Part shown: positions 1 to 7,450 of the stretch, piece by piece | Position numbering within the stretch: position 1 is the first letter of the stretch | Layout: each line of letters starts with the position of its first letter | From: Candidatus Poseidoniales archaeon | Lineage (GTDB): Archaea > Thermoplasmatota > Poseidoniia > Poseidoniales > Poseidoniaceae | Assembly (NCBI GenBank): GCA_003602605.1 | Contig: QQRW01000023.1 | Span: 5,297-66,528, forward strand | Direction: 5' to 3' | DNA length: 61,232 bases | Made by a program: the position numbers and the translations under genes | The notes under the pieces: generated by a model | Databases searched by the model: none | Seen by the model: the letters and a program-made list of their open reading frames with translations, nothing else | What the model was told of the DNA's origin: nothing

Positions 1-53
1 CATATCTTGGACAAGCGCTTTGCAGCCAGAGCGAGTTGTTCGCTGATGTCCAT
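1..53 (-). CDS. Partial CDS running off the left edge (MDISEQLALAAKRLSKI...), product unknown
   Basis: ATG at 53-51 on the minus strand, open to the window edge, 86 nt downstream of the radical SAM gene stop; only 17 codons visible. Confidence 0.35.
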   Translation of the reverse strand, partial: MDISEQLALAAKRLSKI

Positions 54-139
54 GCTAACGGGAAGCAAAGGCGCTACATGGTTTTTCAGTTTTATTCGTA
101 TCGCATATATTTCCATTCAACCTGAGTGAAAAGGTGTTC

Positions 140-1915
140 TCAGTCGAAATAGAGTGAGTAATCCTCACTCCAATCGACGGACGTCGCCTTGAACCACTCT
201 TCGGCTGAATCAAACGCTTCGTTCTCAGGATTCTTTCTTTTACGCTTGGCTCGTTGTGAAATGAGTTTCCAAGCTGTTTTCTCACCGATGCCTGGAATGG
301 CTTCCAATTGCTTTTGAGAGACTTTTTCTGCTTGGAGACCGGTTTCAACTCCAGTAATCGAACGTGCCCCGTGTCCAGTGACGACGATGGTGGATTGGGT
401 TTCAAGTGGAATGTGGTATTCCACGCCAACTAGGATCGGGTAAGCACCGATTTGCCGACCGAATGTAATGCCAGGTTTACCCCTGCATGACTCCGCAGTG
501 TGTGCTTCTTCGAGATGTGCAGTGAGTCTTGTTCGACCGTCATGCGCCTCCCAATGCACATCGGATAATTCTTCACCCAAGGGGAATAATTCCTCGAGAA
601 GTGGACCATCAATCGTGTCACGGACATTGGTTTTGAACATGTTAAATGCTTTTTGAGGGATATCTTGGAATCCTTCGCCTTCGACCTGACGGATGTTTAT
701 TCGTCGTAACAAGAGACCTTCACGGCGGATGTCGTGAAGTAAATCAAGATTCATCTGGTAACTGGATTCAGTTTCTCCATTCAAACCAGCAATGAAATTG
801 AGTCCAGGTAGCAACTTTGGCAGGCCTCTCTCTCCACGGGCGGAGCCATACTTGTTGATCAGCCGAATCGCTGACTTAAGTTGTGAGGGGTCGCAATTGA
901 GCCAATTTGCTTCGTGAACTGAAGGATCTGCCGACTCAAGACCAAACGAAAGCACGGCTCCATCAGACAATGTTTCCACGAGCGTTTTGGTAATCGCTTC
1001 GGATTCTTCGAGGTTTTCAGCGATTATGGAAGGATTTCCGTTATCGGTATGAAGGATTCCTAGACGCTCATCATCACGTAATCCGTGTAAGAGCTGTGCA
1101 ATTGGCTCAGGGTTTGGGACTGGGTATTCCAGTTCCTTTACGCCGTCTGCCATGTAGGTGTAGGTGTCGGTCATTCCCCCGAGTCGAACGTGCTTAACGC
1201 CAACATCATGCGCTCGGCGTACTTCTTCAATGATATCTTCGGGTGTCCGCCATATTGGTACACCCTTCTTTGGTTCGATACAGAATTTACATCCACGCTT
1301 GTAGCGTACGCATCCTTGGTACACTTCCACTTCGTAAGTAAGTGGGCCTTTCTTTTCTTCAGTGCCAAGGTCTGGATGCGCAGTGACTGCTTTACTTGCA
1401 GCCCCAGCCTGTGCCCAATTTGTCCATTGTTCGGCATTTCTTCGAGTATGCTTCCATTCTCCAGTGTTGAGATATGTGTGCAGTGTAGCATCCGTGTCTT
1501 GAACAGCCAGGAAGAGATTCTTTCTCAACGGCGTCCAGCCTTGTTGCCTCCAACCGCGAATCGCCCATCCTCCAAAGAGTGCTGGGACGCCATGTGGAAG
1601 GTCTCGAATTAGGTTTCGAGTCTCCTTCAAGGACAACGGTGTTCCACGAAGATAGCGGCCCGGGACAACTGCACCTGCAATACAGGCAAAACCTTCCACC
1701 GTTGCAAGTCGATTCCTTGCCCAGCCGTCTCCATGCTGACGAATCAAGTCCCGCCATTGGTCGATGGTAAGATAGTCGTAGTCGATTTTCGCTTCTTCAA
1801 GGACACCGCAGAGATAACGGATATGAAATCCGACATAAGGTGGAACTCCAAATGCTGCAGGTTCATCTTCATAGCCGTCAAGAATCAGCCATTTGGGTGA
1901 ATGCTGTTCGACCAT
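140..1915 (-). CDS. Radical SAM protein with TRAM-like and C-terminal helix-hairpin-helix domains (COG1031-type)
   Basis: Cys cluster GCVRYKRGCKFC (CX6CX2C); GLESAD and NFIAGL rSAM barrel motifs; TRAM-like FGRQIGAYPILVGV...VVTGHGARSITG; HhH LEAIPGIGEKTA. Start moved from TTG 1945 to ATG 1915. Confidence 0.8.
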   Translation of the reverse strand: MVEQHSPKWLILDGYEDEPAAFGVPPYVGFHIRYLCGVLEEAKIDYDYLTIDQWRDLIRQHGDGWARNRLATVEGFACIAGAVVPGRYLRGTPLSLKETRNLIRDLPHGVPALFGGWAIRGWRQQGWTPLRKNLFLAVQDTDATLHTYLNTGEWKHTRRNAEQWTNWAQAGAASKAVTAHPDLGTEEKKGPLTYEVEVYQGCVRYKRGCKFCIEPKKGVPIWRTPEDIIEEVRRAHDVGVKHVRLGGMTDTYTYMADGVKELEYPVPNPEPIAQLLHGLRDDERLGILHTDNGNPSIIAENLEESEAITKTLVETLSDGAVLSFGLESADPSVHEANWLNCDPSQLKSAIRLINKYGSARGERGLPKLLPGLNFIAGLNGETESSYQMNLDLLHDIRREGLLLRRINIRQVEGEGFQDIPQKAFNMFKTNVRDTIDGPLLEELFPLGEELSDVHWEAHDGRTRLTAHLEEAHTAESCRGKPGITFGRQIGAYPILVGVEYHIPLETQSTIVVTGHGARSITGVETGLQAEKVSQKQLEAIPGIGEKTAWKLISQRAKRKRKNPENEAFDSAEEWFKATSVDWSEDYSLYFD

Positions 1916-1941
1916 GTTGGCTAACCTCGAGTCGGTTGCCT

Positions 1942-3369
1942 TCAATCCTTCTTCTCACGACGGCGACGGGGACGCTTCTTTGAATCCTCTTCCTCTTCAC
2001 GAAGTGCTTGGAGTTCACGAGGTGATTTGCCACCGGAATTGTCAGAGCCTCGCTTTCCTCGGTTGTTAGCGCCTTTCTTACCGCCTTGTGACACATCAAC
2101 CTTGATGCGCCTGCCGAGCAATTCAGTTCCGTTGAGTTTGGAGACGATTTCATCACCCTTGTCCGTTTCCTTGATGAAAGCAAACGCGAATCCCTTCGGT
2201 TTTCCGTCACCACTGGTGGCGATAACAAGGCCGTTGATGGTTGCAATACCGTCAAATAAGGCTCGAATGTTTTCTTCAGTTGCTTTGAACGGTAGGTTTC
2301 CGATGTAGAGTTTGAGCCCTTCAGGGTCCTTTCGCTTCTCTCGCTTGCCCTTCTTATCATCGCTGTCTGCATCTCGCACACCGATCTTACGACCGTTGAT
2401 TTTGTGACCATTGAGTTTTTCAGCAGCTGCATCTGCATGTGATTTTTCCGAGTAGGTGACGAAACCGAATCCTCGGTTGACACCGTTGTCATCGGTCAGC
2501 ACAATACAATCGGTCATATCGCCGAACTCAGCAAACAGGGCCCGGAGTTCTTCGGTTCCAACTTCACGTGGTAGGCCACCGACGAACAATCGGCAACCTG
2601 GGGCGTTTCGTGGACGACGACCTTTGCCACCGCTCTCGCCTTCGAATCGGAAATATGTGCGCTCACGGCCGTCTTCTCGGACATCTGCAGCGATGAAGGT
2701 TGCTCGACCAGCAGGGCCTTTTCCAAACATGGCTTCAGCAGCAGCACCCCAGCGCTTACCGGAGTTGTTGAGTGCACTTGCACCTTGCTCAAGTTCAGCC
2801 CATCCTGCGCCATAGTTGTCTGCAAGTGCTCGGTAGGATTGGTAATTACATGTCGGGCATCGGACGTTCCAGTCGCCGTCAAGGTCAGCGACCAACACAT
2901 CGCCACAGGGTGGGCAAATCGCATGAAGTACGCCGCAGTCATCACGGTCTCGGAAACTGATGCGAAGAACAGGAGTTGTTTCTTTGACTTCCGCTCGACA
3001 GACATCTCGTCGTCGAACAGCATCTGCAGTTTGATGCATGTATCGGTCGACAATTCCAGTAACATGGAATTGCCCGTAGAGGTGTTCAGGCAGAACGCTA
3101 CCAGGTTTACCTTCGATGCAAAGAACCTGAGCTTCTCCATTCTTTTCGTTGAGTTTGACAATTTCACAAAGCACGGTATCACCGACTTCTGGCGTGACAA
3201 TTTCCTTTTGAGCAGCAACGGTTGCGATGCCGTCTTGAATTGAAAACATGCCAGTTGCGGTTGCTAAAATCGATCCATTGACTTCAATGGTTCCATCTCC
3301 AGCCTCACATTCTGATGAGGTTGATACTTGTGTTCCGGGGGTGACGAGGCTCGGCGTCATATTTTTCAT
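1942..3369 (-). CDS. csl4: Exosome RNA-binding subunit Csl4 fused to two RRM domains and a Lys/Arg-rich tail
   Basis: N-terminal LVTPG..V..., S1 domain (PEVGDTVLCEIV), zinc ribbon CPPC..CPTC..RALADNY; RRM1 LFVGGL/RGFGFVTY; RRM2 LYIGNL/KGFAFAFI. Start ATG 3369 (alternative 3360). Confidence 0.85.
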   Translation of the reverse strand: MKNMTPSLVTPGTQVSTSSECEAGDGTIEVNGSILATATGMFSIQDGIATVAAQKEIVTPEVGDTVLCEIVKLNEKNGEAQVLCIEGKPGSVLPEHLYGQFHVTGIVDRYMHQTADAVRRRDVCRAEVKETTPVLRISFRDRDDCGVLHAICPPCGDVLVADLDGDWNVRCPTCNYQSYRALADNYGAGWAELEQGASALNNSGKRWGAAAEAMFGKGPAGRATFIAADVREDGRERTYFRFEGESGGKGRRPRNAPGCRLFVGGLPREVGTEELRALFAEFGDMTDCIVLTDDNGVNRGFGFVTYSEKSHADAAAEKLNGHKINGRKIGVRDADSDDKKGKREKRKDPEGLKLYIGNLPFKATEENIRALFDGIATINGLVIATSGDGKPKGFAFAFIKETDKGDEIVSKLNGTELLGRRIKVDVSQGGKKGANNRGKRGSDNSGGKSPRELQALREEEEDSKKRPRRRREKKD

Positions 3370-3470
3370 TCCTGTAGCAAACATGGCCTGATGTAGGTCG
3401 CATGTTGTTTCGCTTGATTGAACCGGTGTGTTCACCCCTTTTCAACCCCTCATACGCAGCAGCCGTGACC

Positions 3471-4124
3471 TCAATCTTCTTCATCGAGCAACTTCGCATC
3501 TCCTGGAAGATGGAAGCGCCAACACAGTACAGTGGTAGCAGCCTTGCGCTTTGTGTGGTGCTGATAGGTTGGTGGAAGGCGGAAATTTGTTTCAAGCATT
3601 GCTTCTGAATCGTAGCCATATTCTCTTCCAAGTGCTTGCAGATGTTTGGATTTTGAACTGTGAAGCACATGGACAACCGGGGCGCCGAGAGAAAAGGCGT
3701 ATTCAAGTAACGGCCTGTCTGCCTTCGGCGTTTGCACACCCCATGGAGGATTCATCACAATAAGATCTGGAATGGGCTCAACATGCCGCGTTTGTTTCGT
3801 CACATGTTCATTCATCACTTCGCCAGTGCCGTTGCATCGTTGGTTGACTCTATCAGTATTTACTCGTGCCACTTCCACGACCTTCGGGTCTGCTTCAATC
3901 ATCGTGACGTGTTCTGCTCCGAGAAACAAGCACCCACATCCAAGGATTCCATTGCCTGCGCCGAGGTCAAGAACCCTTTTTCCTTCCAGCCCATCAACTT
4001 GGTCGATACCAAGAAGCCAATATGACGCAAGGTCACCTTCGGTTGCGTATTGTTCGAGTTCAACAGAGGTGCAAGGGTGTGGGGATAATTTGGACAATTC
4101 TATGGCCAAATGTTTGGGACGCAT
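3471..4124 (-). CDS. METTL5-like (COG2263) SAM-dependent RNA methyltransferase
   Basis: LEQYATEGDLA, VLDLGAGNGILG (motif I), MNPPWG (NPPF/W amino-methyltransferase motif); lies next to csl4 as in the archaeal exosome gene neighbourhood. Confidence 0.85.
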   Translation of the reverse strand: MRPKHLAIELSKLSPHPCTSVELEQYATEGDLASYWLLGIDQVDGLEGKRVLDLGAGNGILGCGCLFLGAEHVTMIEADPKVVEVARVNTDRVNQRCNGTGEVMNEHVTKQTRHVEPIPDLIVMNPPWGVQTPKADRPLLEYAFSLGAPVVHVLHSSKSKHLQALGREYGYDSEAMLETNFRLPPTYQHHTKRKAATTVLCWRFHLPGDAKLLDEED

Positions 4125-4128
4125 TCAA

Positions 4129-4344
4129 TCACCAGCGGGGCTGTTGATTGTATTGGTTTTGCTGGTACTGCTGCTGTTGCTGTTGTTGCGCTAGTGCTTG
4201 CGCTTGTAGGCGCATGTAGTGAATTTGTTCGGCCTCGTGCCGAAGTCGAGCAAGCAACTGGTCTCCTGGTTGTTGGTTTCCACAAAATCTGCAGAAACGA
4301 ATGCCATCTTGGTGTTGTTGTCCGCAACTGATACAGAACCCCAT
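4129..4344 (-). CDS. Small zinc-ribbon protein (71 aa) with Gln-rich C-terminus
   Basis: MGFCISCG...FCRFCG double CxxC; GGAGG RBS-like sequence just upstream of ATG 4344; stop 4 nt from the next gene. Confidence 0.75.
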   Translation of the reverse strand: MGFCISCGQQHQDGIRFCRFCGNQQPGDQLLARLRHEAEQIHYMRLQAQALAQQQQQQQYQQNQYNQQPRW

Positions 4345-4390
4345 GTGCTTGCCTCCATACAGCCCTTGTGCCGAATCAACTTGAACCTTC

Positions 4391-5527
4391 TCATTGCATG
4401 GATGCCAATTGCAGGAACACAGGCCATGTTTCGAAGCCTTCAGCAGTTGCCCTTTCGTTGAGGTTTTCCCAACGAGGGTCATCCATGATATCAGACGCTG
4501 CTACACCTGCGGCTAACAGTCCCGTCACAAGTTCACGGAATTCACGCTCGACTTCAGACATTTCAGGTTCGGGTTCTGGTTCGGGATCTGGAATTGGTAT
4601 GCTCGTTGGAGATTCTTCAACCGATGATTCTACAGGTGAGTTCACCTCGTCGGGCGTCGGTTCTTTTTCAGTTGACTGGGCGCCAGGTGGGAGGGGTACA
4701 AAGGCGTGTTCAACAACAGTAGATTCCGTTTCCACTACGGGTTTAGTCGTAGGCAAATCTACTTGTTCAGTGTTTTCAATGCCCGCATCTTCAGTCATTT
4801 CAGCGAGCATGTTTGTTGAGAAATCATCCATCATTTCATCCATGTTCGCTTCGGATTCTTTCGCCTTAACCGGAGCGGTAATTGGGATGTCTTCGGGAGC
4901 AGCCTCTGTGATTTTCACCTTCTTTTGAAGACGTCCCACACCCAGAACTTCCGCTTGCTGTCGAGCAAGTTCAGCAGCTTGGCGCCGTGGGAGGCTGACG
5001 AAGCATTTCCCAGGTACAGAAGCCGGCGGGAAGGGGAGGTAATAGGTTTCGAGCGGTGGCAAAGACGGATGGCGGAAGCATAGAATCCTCTGTGACTCAA
5101 AGGCTCGTTGACTCGGCAAATTCATCGAGAAAGGAACAGGTGAGATCTGAATCGAACTGCGTAACCACTGCTCGTTGGTGATGAGGTGTTGCATCCATGG
5201 CCCTAAATCAGGGCTGGCTAAGTCGACGAATTGGAACGAAGCATCCCGTGGATTGAAGTTTTGCTTCTCGAGTAAAGGGGCTTCTTGTCGAGGTCGGTGG
5301 AATACGGTGAGAACAGGCTGACCATGTTCAACCATATCGCCGTGTAATTCCATGAGTTTGCGCTCCTTACGAGGGCACATGAGAAGAATGAGCATTCGAG
5401 CGGCGTTCTCATCCCAAATTTCCCCCCATCGAGTCTCAGCCTCGATGGTGAGTTGTCCAAGTGTCATGTCAGGAATCATTGCAGTAATACCCATGTCCGC
5501 ACCAAACCGAGGGTGCGGTCGGGGCAT
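4391..5527 (-). CDS. Hypothetical protein: globular N-terminal domain, acidic/Pro-rich linker, small helical C-terminal domain
   Basis: 378-codon ORF packed between asd and the zinc-ribbon gene; no recognised motif. Confidence 0.7.
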   Translation of the reverse strand: MPRPHPRFGADMGITAMIPDMTLGQLTIEAETRWGEIWDENAARMLILLMCPRKERKLMELHGDMVEHGQPVLTVFHRPRQEAPLLEKQNFNPRDASFQFVDLASPDLGPWMQHLITNEQWLRSSIQISPVPFSMNLPSQRAFESQRILCFRHPSLPPLETYYLPFPPASVPGKCFVSLPRRQAAELARQQAEVLGVGRLQKKVKITEAAPEDIPITAPVKAKESEANMDEMMDDFSTNMLAEMTEDAGIENTEQVDLPTTKPVVETESTVVEHAFVPLPPGAQSTEKEPTPDEVNSPVESSVEESPTSIPIPDPEPEPEPEMSEVEREFRELVTGLLAAGVAASDIMDDPRWENLNERATAEGFETWPVFLQLASMQ

Positions 5528-5553
5528 TTATGCCTACTGATGTTTCGTTACGG

Positions 5554-6639
5554 CTAGCCGAATCGTCCTTCGATGAGCGCGAGTTCAGCAAGCAGAAGTG
5601 TGCCTCCTGCAGCGCCACGAACAGTATTGTGTGAATAGCCTGAGAAGGTGAGAGTATTTGTTTGAACCAGTTCAATATCGCCAACCACAACTGCCATGCC
5701 GGTTTTCAAATCGAGACTCGGGTCCGGGCTGGATGCGAATTGGACGCCGTTGGACCACAGATGTTTGGAGACATCAATGTGTTCTACTACATGCAATGGA
5801 CGGAGTGGTGCGCTCGGACATGATTTGGTGATTCCATCCCAATCATGGGAATGAAACGATTGAGTAACCGATTCAATGGTCACAGGTTCCGACAATTCGA
5901 CCTCGACGAAGACTTGATGTCCGTCGGTTCGAGCAACTCTTTGACAGCTGATCTCGACATCAAAATCAGCAGGAATGACTTGTTCATGTTCCATTGTACC
6001 AAACACGTGAAGCAATTCTTCTCTCACTTTCTCAGCCTCACCTGGAATCTCTGGGTTGACATGACCAGCGTTCGCTTCTTGGTTGAACAGAAGCCTCCAG
6101 CCTGCTCCTGAAAGCGCTTGTTCACTTCTCATGGTCACTTTTTTAATGCCGAATTCACGAAGTGCAGCTAGTGGAACGGCCAATGGAATGAGGGTACAAT
6201 TGGTTCCGCAAGCATGGTTTCCCTTGCTTGTGCCAAATGTTGACAATTGATCGTGATTGATGTCAGGAATGACCAGTGGTATTCCGTCTTCAGCGCGATG
6301 GTGGCTTGCGTTAGAAAAAACGGCGATTCCAGCCTGTGTGAGCAAGGATTCGATTCGAGCAGCAACATCGGTTGGGAGGCAAGAAAAGGCAACTTCAATG
6401 CCTACATCAAGCATGTCTTGAACAAAAGAGGGGCTGAGTGCATCTGCGACAAGAAGTTCCGGAAGATCGGGACGTGGCTCTTCGAGACGCCAAGGGACCT
6501 GGCTCAGCAATGCACCAGCAGTTGACGCACTGCCGCTAACCGCCTTCAATTCAAACCAAGGGTGATTGTGCAAGCGTTGTTGCATTCGCTGCCCTACCAA
6601 TCCTGATGCTCCGAGAATGACAGTAGGTCTGCGCCGCAT
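5554..6639 (-). CDS. asd: Aspartate-semialdehyde dehydrogenase (archaeal type)
   Basis: ILGASGLVGQR Rossmann motif, FSNASHHR, catalytic Cys in GTNCT, QALSGAG, SHNTVRGAAGG. Confidence 0.88.
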   Translation of the reverse strand: MRRRPTVILGASGLVGQRMQQRLHNHPWFELKAVSGSASTAGALLSQVPWRLEEPRPDLPELLVADALSPSFVQDMLDVGIEVAFSCLPTDVAARIESLLTQAGIAVFSNASHHRAEDGIPLVIPDINHDQLSTFGTSKGNHACGTNCTLIPLAVPLAALREFGIKKVTMRSEQALSGAGWRLLFNQEANAGHVNPEIPGEAEKVREELLHVFGTMEHEQVIPADFDVEISCQRVARTDGHQVFVEVELSEPVTIESVTQSFHSHDWDGITKSCPSAPLRPLHVVEHIDVSKHLWSNGVQFASSPDPSLDLKTGMAVVVGDIELVQTNTLTFSGYSHNTVRGAAGGTLLLAELALIEGRFG

Positions 6640-6678
6640 GCTTTCCCCTCACTTCCAAATAATATGAGTCCTTGTCTC

Positions 6679-7413
6679 TTAGTGGATGTTGAGGTTACCT
6701 TCACCAAGTAGCGTTTGATGCGGTGTCGAAAAGAGTCGTCGAACCAAAAGTTTTCTGAAAATATTCCAGCCATCTTTGACTGAACCAAGTTTTGCTTCAC
6801 CCAGCCGTTTGCTGTAGCGGATTGAAATATGACTGATGTCCAAGTCTTCAGCTGCACATGAAGTGTACATTTCTGCTTCAATTTCAAATCGCATTGAGTT
6901 CAATTTTAACAGCGAAATGGCTTGTCTTGAAAATCCCCAGTAGCCTGAACAAAGGTCGTTCATAGGGACACCATAGAGAGCGACTGCAATCCATGTTAGT
7001 ATGTGGTTTCCGAAGTAATTTGTTCGAGTCATAGCATCTGGATCCATCGCTCCGCGTAATCGGTCTCCGATGACGACGTCAGCATCCTCAAGTTTCTTCA
7101 AAAAACGAGGAATCTCTTCGGGATGGTACGTTCCATCTGGGTCAAGCATGATGAGAGCATCATCACCGGATTGAAGGAATCTCAGAAATCCGAGTCGCAT
7201 AGCAGCTCCCTTCCCCTTGCCCTGCTGTTTGAGAACCGGATGCCCGTGATCTTGTGCCACCGACGTTGTCAAATCCTCGCTCCCACCATCGACGATGAGG
7301 ACATTTGCTTCCCATCCGAGCTCAGTCATCTTCGATATTGGCAAGCGAGGTAATACATCAGCCAACCCTTCCTCCTCGTTCAAGGTAGGAAGCAGTATCG
7401 TGACTCGCTTCAT
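6679..7413 (-). CDS. Glycosyltransferase family 2 (polyprenol/dolichol-phosphate sugar synthase-like)
   Basis: TILLPTLNEE, IVDGGSED.T, GKGAA, MLDPDGTY (DxD), VVIGDR, DLCSGYWGF, FEIEAEM, RLGEAKL. Start moved to ATG 7413. Confidence 0.9.
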   Translation of the reverse strand: MKRVTILLPTLNEEEGLADVLPRLPISKMTELGWEANVLIVDGGSEDLTTSVAQDHGHPVLKQQGKGKGAAMRLGFLRFLQSGDDALIMLDPDGTYHPEEIPRFLKKLEDADVVIGDRLRGAMDPDAMTRTNYFGNHILTWIAVALYGVPMNDLCSGYWGFSRQAISLLKLNSMRFEIEAEMYTSCAAEDLDISHISIRYSKRLGEAKLGSVKDGWNIFRKLLVRRLFSTPHQTLLGEGNLNIH

Positions 7414-7450
7414 ACATGGAGGATGCGCAGTTTGGTTTTCATGACTTCGC

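Noticed and set aside
55-429. 124-aa minus-strand ORF
   Set aside because: It overlaps the radical SAM gene's 3' end in another frame and has no recognisable features.
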